DNA of 64,000 bases from Octopus vulgaris (Eukaryota), in assembly GCA_951406725.2 (NCBI GenBank), contig OX597840.1:28582001-28646000 (forward strand). Reading direction: 5' to 3'. Every line of letters starts with the position of its first letter. Within the stretch, counting starts at the first letter, position 1. Both the position numbers and the translations under genes were made by a program. Below, one piece after another: positions 58,313-64,000 of this stretch. The notes beneath the pieces are model-generated. The model was not told the origin of the DNA. It searched no databases and worked only from the letters and a program-made list of their open reading frames with translations.

Positions 58313-58406
58313 GCCTCGGTAGCGCAGTAGGCAGCGCGTCAGTCTCATAATCAAGTAACAAAATAGAGGTATCTGAAGGTCGTGAGTTCGATCCTCACCT
58401 GGGGCA
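58313..58406 (+). tRNA. trnM-CAT: Elongator tRNA-Met(CAT) with 21-nt intron (58350-58370)
   Basis: GCCTCGGTAGCGCAGTAGGCAGCGCGTCAGTCTCATA[ATCAAGTAACAAAATAGAGGT]ATCTGAAGGTCGTGAGTTCGATCCTCACCTGGGGCA. The acceptor stem pairs, the anticodon is at 58346-58348 and there is no encoded CCA. Confidence 0.88.
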
Positions 58407-58409
58407 CAC

Positions 58410-58421
58410 TTTTTTTTTTTT
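58410..58421 (+). terminator. Pol III terminator (T12)
   Basis: T-run 3 nt after the tRNA discriminator. Confidence 0.75.
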
Positions 58422-58746
58422 ATAAAGGCGGTGCTCCAGCATGGCCACAGTGAAATGACTGAAACAAGTAAGAGGGTAAAAGAGTAGGTACGTATTTTAA
58501 AGAATTTGTGATCGTACAACATATTACTTTCTGTGTATATAAGAATGTATCCTGATGTATATTTTGCTAGCTGTTTGTTTGTGTGTGTGTGTGTGTGTAG
58601 ATTCAATAAGCGTTCTTATATCTATCAATTAGAAATAAAATATACCAACTGCAAAAATTAATACTTAAGTGGAATCTTGGTATTGTAAATAATTTTTAAT
58701 AAATTTATATTTTTGTAATATTATCACCCTTTCAAAAGACTAGGGA

Positions 58747-59075
58747 AGGCGGTGGCTTAGTGGTTAAGGCATTTGGCTCAAGATTGTAAGTTCGTGAGTT
58801 CAATTCCCGGCGACGCGTTGTGTCCTTGAGCAAGATGCTTTATTTCGCTCCGTCGCTTCAGTTCACTCAGCTAGCAAACATGAGTTATACCTGTAATTTC
58901 AAAGGAGCCAGCCTTGTCACATTTTGTATCACATTCTTATTGAATGTTCCTAAAAACTACGTTAGGAGTATACGTATCTATGGAGTACTCAGCCACTAGC
59001 ACGTTAATTTTACGAGCAGGTTGTTCAGTTGCTTGGATCAGCCGGAACCATCATCGTCGTAACCGACGGAGTACC
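58747..59075 (+). mobile_element. Diverged tRNA-derived SINE with tail type 3
   Basis: gtggcttagtggttaagg...gagttcaattcc head; tail ...gtcgtaaccgacggagt. Confidence 0.75.
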
Positions 59076-59243
59076 TGTTCAAAAGACTAATATGGCGTCA
59101 TATATATGGAGTCAGGATGGAGAAACTTGAAAGGATTTTTTTTAAATCTAAAAATGCCGCAAGCAAGGGAGATAATTCAAATGACTTGAGCTCAGAATAT
59201 AAAAAGCTGAAATAAATACCGCGAGGAATTTTTCACCCGTTCC

Positions 59244-59308
<65 letters not shown>

Positions 59309-59342
59309 TGATAATAATAATCTCAGTGAGACCTTACCTTTT

Positions 59343-59870
59343 TGCCCTGATGCAGTACCAAACTGATTGGAAGTGTTATCATGTACATTGTTTTGTCTTG
59401 GTATAAACGATGGGCTACAGCAAATATTCTGCTCAATACCACAGATTTGCTTGTCAGTTGTTTGACCTTAACCAGTTGAACATGTCCCTTAGTGGCTGAC
59501 GATATGTGCATCTCTGATCACGAGCAGAAGTAGTGGGGGAGCATCATAGCCATGTGTTGAGAGGGATTCTTGGAGGTTTGGATAATTCACCTCTGGAAAC
59601 ATGGGTGTTTCGTTCAACATCCTTAAACAATCCTTATTCAGGGACCATTTGGGCGAGCTGGACTACTCGACCAGAAGAAAATCATAACTGGGCCCCACCT
59701 GCAAGGTCATGTGCTGTTTATCTTGATATGAGTTCACCATGTCGCGCACATATGGTTGTGATGCATGTGCCTAGTGTACCCTTATCAGACGGGTAGTCAT
59801 GATGGGTATACTGGGCTTCGTATATTTTACCCCAGTGCCACTTTGATGGCATGCACTGCTCTCTCACTCA
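59343..59870 (+). mobile_element. TAA-flanked element X
   Basis: Homologous to 20954-21510; (TAA)n at 59244-59321 and 59870-59890. Confidence 0.85.
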
Positions 59871-59906
59871 ATAATAATAATAATAATAATGTTTAATCTT
59901 TTGTAG

Positions 59907-59994
59907 GGTGGTTCCGTAATCCGATTATTTCACAAAGAACTTGAAGCGTATTTAGTGGCAGAGGGGTTGTTTGACGAAGAAATTACCGAAGATG
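59907..59994 (+). CDS. IP3 receptor-like, exon h (MIR domain)
   Basis: ttgtag|...|gtaagt; GGSVIRLFHKELEAYLVAEGLFDEEITED vs IP3R1 GGDVVRLFHAEQEKFLTCD. Confidence 0.95.
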
Positions 59995-60324
59995 GTAAGT
60001 AAAGAATTTAGACTTATGTTCTCTTTTACATGTTATCTTAACCATTTTCTTCATTTTTGTTTTATTTCATTCAATAATCTAAAACAGTTGCGACATAAGA
60101 AATGAAATCTATCGATATCACCACAATCTTCAGAACAGATAATTCAAAGATGCCACGATAGACATGGCCACTGACAAGTTTTAACCCTACAAACATCTAG
60201 ATGAGAGCAACCACATATGCATATATACATACATAAGTACATACATACATACATACATACATACATACATACATACGTACATACGTACATACATACATAC
60301 ATTGATAATTGCTTTCTTTTCTAG

Positions 60325-60432
60325 TTCATTTCCGCATCCGAGTAATGGATCAACATCGACCCCGAACTTTATCACCCTCCACATCAGGGAACACCTACTG
60401 GCAAATTGAAGCTGAAAGTGGCATACTCAATG
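60325..60432 (+). CDS. IP3 receptor-like, exon i
   Basis: ttctag|...|gtaagg; VHFRIRVMDQHRPRTLSPSTSGNTYWQIEAESGILN vs IP3R1 [24 protein letters not shown]. Confidence 0.93.
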
Positions 60433-60805
60433 GTAAGGACTTCAGTTCAATTTTTCCATTTGTAATATTTTCTTATATATTGTTGTTATTGTTGCTTTCC
60501 ACTTGCTAATTGATTTTTTGTTTCATTATTCTTGCTGCTGTTATTGTTGTAACCACCTGTCTTTAATGAGATACTTCTATTGAAGGGACCACTCCTGACA
60601 CCACCTTTCTGAAATCGGATTACTCTATTACCATCTCCCTCGCTCCGTTCGACTACTTCTGGAATAACGACTTATTCTCCACCTGGTAACTTCGTACCCT
60701 GTGACATTAAGAACCATTTATATTTCTTTTAATTCCAGTCGAACACCATTCTACCAACCCATCCTTGATGTTCACATACTAATACTCCTCGAACACACAC
60801 ACACA

Positions 60806-60872
<67 letters not shown>

Positions 60873-61534
60873 GTACACACACATCTAACGTCTGTATACG
60901 TGCACACTTACGCTGGCAATCACTTGCAGCAACGCTGCCACTTGTAATTCATTTTGCGTATGCCTGTAATTTCTGAACTCCACCAATTTTCATTTTTCTG
61001 TATCAAATCCGTGGAGGAAACCGGAGTAGTTGCTTAACCTTCTCTTGTGTAATGGGACTCAGAATGTTTCGACCCTGTTGAGTGTCTTTTCAGTTGAAGA
61101 TACTCCTTGGTCCACGAACTAACCAGGAGTGATAGCTCTTGTTTATAGAAATCAGCAATCGATGGTTGATCGAAGCTGATGTCTGCCAAATCCATAATAA
61201 ATCATAAGGAACACTCATAACAGCAAAAATCAAACCAATAAAGTATTTGTTCGTCCTTAATATAATCTGGCTGATTGGGACATGAATATGTCAATCGCTG
61301 TTTTATTTCGCCTTTGGGAAACATCTCCTTTAGACGATGTGTGTTCATAACACACGGGATTCACGGGTGTAAGGAGATTCTGAGAAACCAGGTGTTTTGG
61401 CCTTATTGTTTGTCACCTTAGTCAATGCTACCCTCGACTAATGAGTGCCAGTTTTTGTTTGACAAATTAGCAAACAAATTATTGGCTGATGTGGACTGAT
61501 GTGGGCTGATGCCTGCCAAACCGGTAATAAATCG

Positions 61535-61951
61535 AAAGCGGTGAGCTGGCAGAACCGTTAGCACGCCGGGCGAAATGCGTAGCCGTATTTCGTGTGCCTT
61601 TACGTTCTGAGTTCAAATTCCGCCGAGGTCGTCTTTACCTTTCATCCTTTCGGGGTCGATAAATTATGCACCAGTTACGCACTGGGGTCGATGTAATCAA
61701 CTTAATCCCTTTATATGTCCTTGTTTGTCCCCTCTATGTTTAGCCTCTTGTGGGTAGTAAAGAAATAGGTATTTCGTCTGCCGTTACGTTCTGAGTTCAA
61801 ATTCCGCCGAGGTCGACTTTACTTTTCATCCTTTCGTGGTCGATAAATTAAGTACCAGTTAAGCACTGGGGTCGATGTAATTGACTTAATCCCTTTGTCT
61901 GTCCTTGTTTGTCCTCTCTGTGTTTAGCCCCTTCTGGGTAGTAAAGAAACA
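61535..61951 (+). mobile_element. SINE family C with tandem 3' duplication and 12-bp TSD
   Basis: TSD ggtaataaatcg at 61523-61534 and 61952-61963; body repeated from gtatttcg (~61769). Confidence 0.9.
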
Positions 61952-62299
61952 GGTAATAAATCGTTCGGTGCAGGCAAAACAGGTAGAATCCCCAAAATAA
62001 CATATTTATTCATTCTTAATACATTCTGGCATATTCGAACGTGAACAGGTGAATCGATGTTTATTTCGTCTGTGGAAAAACATCACCTTCCTTTCAACGA
62101 TGCGTCTTCATAAAATTCCATACGTTGGCGTAAGGGCACTTTCAGATACTGCGGTGCTTCGACCTCGCTTTGTAAGTTTTCAGTGAAAACTATCCCCCGG
62201 ATCAAAGAACTAAAGGAAAAAATCAGAGACATCTTCTCTCATTAGGCGATAAATATTCCTAATATTTTTGTTCTCTTTTGCTGTTCTAAAACCTTTCAG

Positions 62300-62445
62300 G
62301 TGATGTCATTAGATGGGAGCAACAGGTACGGTTACGGCACATGACCACACGTAAATATTTGTGCATCGACGCTGCCAGAGAAATATCATTAACAGACGAC
62401 AACGAAGATCCAAGAACAGTTTTTCGTTTGCATTCAGTCCTCAGT
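62300..62445 (+). CDS. IP3 receptor-like, exon j (last in window)
   Basis: tttcag|...|gtaagt; GDVIRWEQQVRLRHMTTRKYLCID...DPRTVFRLHSVLS vs IP3R1 [21 protein letters not shown]. Confidence 0.95.
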
Positions 62446-62650
62446 GTAAGTAGTTCCACCGTCATTCTTTCATGTCGTCTGCTCCTAATTTAAGTACTTC
62501 CACCATTATTCTTTCATGTCGTCTGCTCCTGACTTTCGTAAAATCAGGATGTCATCTGCTTTAATCATTTCACGCCAAATATTCTTCTTTCTTTCTCCAC
62601 ATTCTCTCCTTCTCTTACACCATCTCACCCTCTCTCTTTCCCTTTCTCTC

Positions 62651-62701
<51 letters not shown>

Positions 62702-62706
62702 ACTTT

Positions 62707-62740
<34 letters not shown>

Positions 62741-62850
62741 CTTTCTATTTATCTAGTTATCCCCTTTCTGGCTCATCTCTCTCTCCCTCACACACACACT
62801 ATAGATATATATATATATGTGCGTATATATACATATGCACATATATATAC

Positions 62851-62912
<62 letters not shown>

Positions 62913-62933
62913 GTATACATGCATACATATATG

Positions 62934-62980
<47 letters not shown>

Positions 62981-63134
62981 ATACCTATATATATACATAA
63001 ATATATATATATATATATATATGATAGCATTTTTCCGATGGCCGGATAACTGAAGAGATGGCGGCGTGGATTTCCACCTCGGCATCCGAAACTCGGAGTT
63101 TTACCATGGCTACCGAATAATTGTCACATATTAC

Positions 63135-63174
<40 letters not shown>

Positions 63175-63208
63175 ACACGCACACACATACATACATACAT
63201 ATATATAT

Positions 63209-63256
<48 letters not shown>

Positions 63257-64000
63257 GCATATATGGGTATAGGATGTCACCAATGGTGCAAATAACATTA
63301 AATGTGTAAACAAACGTGTGTTAGATACGTAAACAACGAGGAAAAATGGAAAACAGGACAAGTAAACATAGAGAACGGACCCTTCATCAGTTGTCGGATG
63401 TCTGTCTACTCCTCATTTCGAGCATTCAACGATAATATGAGTCTTCAAAGACAGTTGCTCCCGTAAATACTAAAATAAAATTTAGGATTTATGAAGGGTC
63501 AAATTTGGGAACAAAATGACAGTGGAGACATACAAGTAAACCGAAGGAAAACAAACATGGGGGGTCGTTAAACTAGAACGAGAGGAAAATAGTGAATAGA
63601 TTTTTTAATTTTTTTAAAGGATAAAAGGGAGATGTGAGAGAGAAAAAATCACGTCTGTTCTTTTGAATGTCCGTGCAGGAAAAGGAAGATGGTCACATGA
63701 GGAAAAGAATGATGGACGATGGTCACGTATGAGCAACGTGAGAGATAGACAAAAGGAGAAAGCGGGGAGAGAGAGAGAGAGAGAAATTGTTTTAGAGGAT
63801 ATGTTGACCTCATAAAGGGATGGTTACACTCAAGAAAATACTGGTCCTATATCAAGCATTTTGGAGAAATGAAATTTCCTTAAATAAATGGGTATATATT
63901 AAGCATATAATTAAATTCACTGAACATAAATTATGTGTGTTTGTTTGTGTTTGTGTGAGTGTGCGCATAACCCTTCTCCCTCTCTCTCTCTCTCTCTTTC

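Noticed and set aside
59343-59420. Ribozyme at the 5' end of element X (ccctgatgcag)
   Set aside because: CTGATGC is not a hammerhead core and I could not assemble an HDV-like fold by eye; left unresolved.

Overview
Eukaryotic, AT-rich, extremely microsatellite- and transposon-dense DNA. The SINE families and repeat landscape suggest an octopus/coleoid genome (inference). Almost all ORFs in the supplied track are microsatellite artefacts. One host gene is present: ten small + strand exons (25999-62445, 979 nt, GT-AG introns with matching phases) splice into the N-terminal suppressor/MIR region of a divergent inositol 1,4,5-trisphosphate receptor-like channel. Its first coding exon was not found and the gene continues past the window. 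Also present: an uninterrupted >=526-codon LINE ORF1 with a CCHC knuckle running off the left edge (missed by the ORF track); an intron-containing tRNA-Met(CAT); a Dong/R4-type LINE fragment and a non-coding partner element that both sit in (TAA)n; RTE, mariner, Tc2/pogo-like and Helitron remnants; three tRNA-derived SINE families; two satellites (120 bp and 147 bp); and several fold-back palindromes. The most notable signal is a set of about ten hammerhead-ribozyme-like motifs in Penelope-like inverted remnants. These include U3-A8 compensatory variants and one TSD-bounded element joining a tRNA-like Pol III head to a hammerhead tail. All calls are from reading the sequence; no database searches or folding programs were run.
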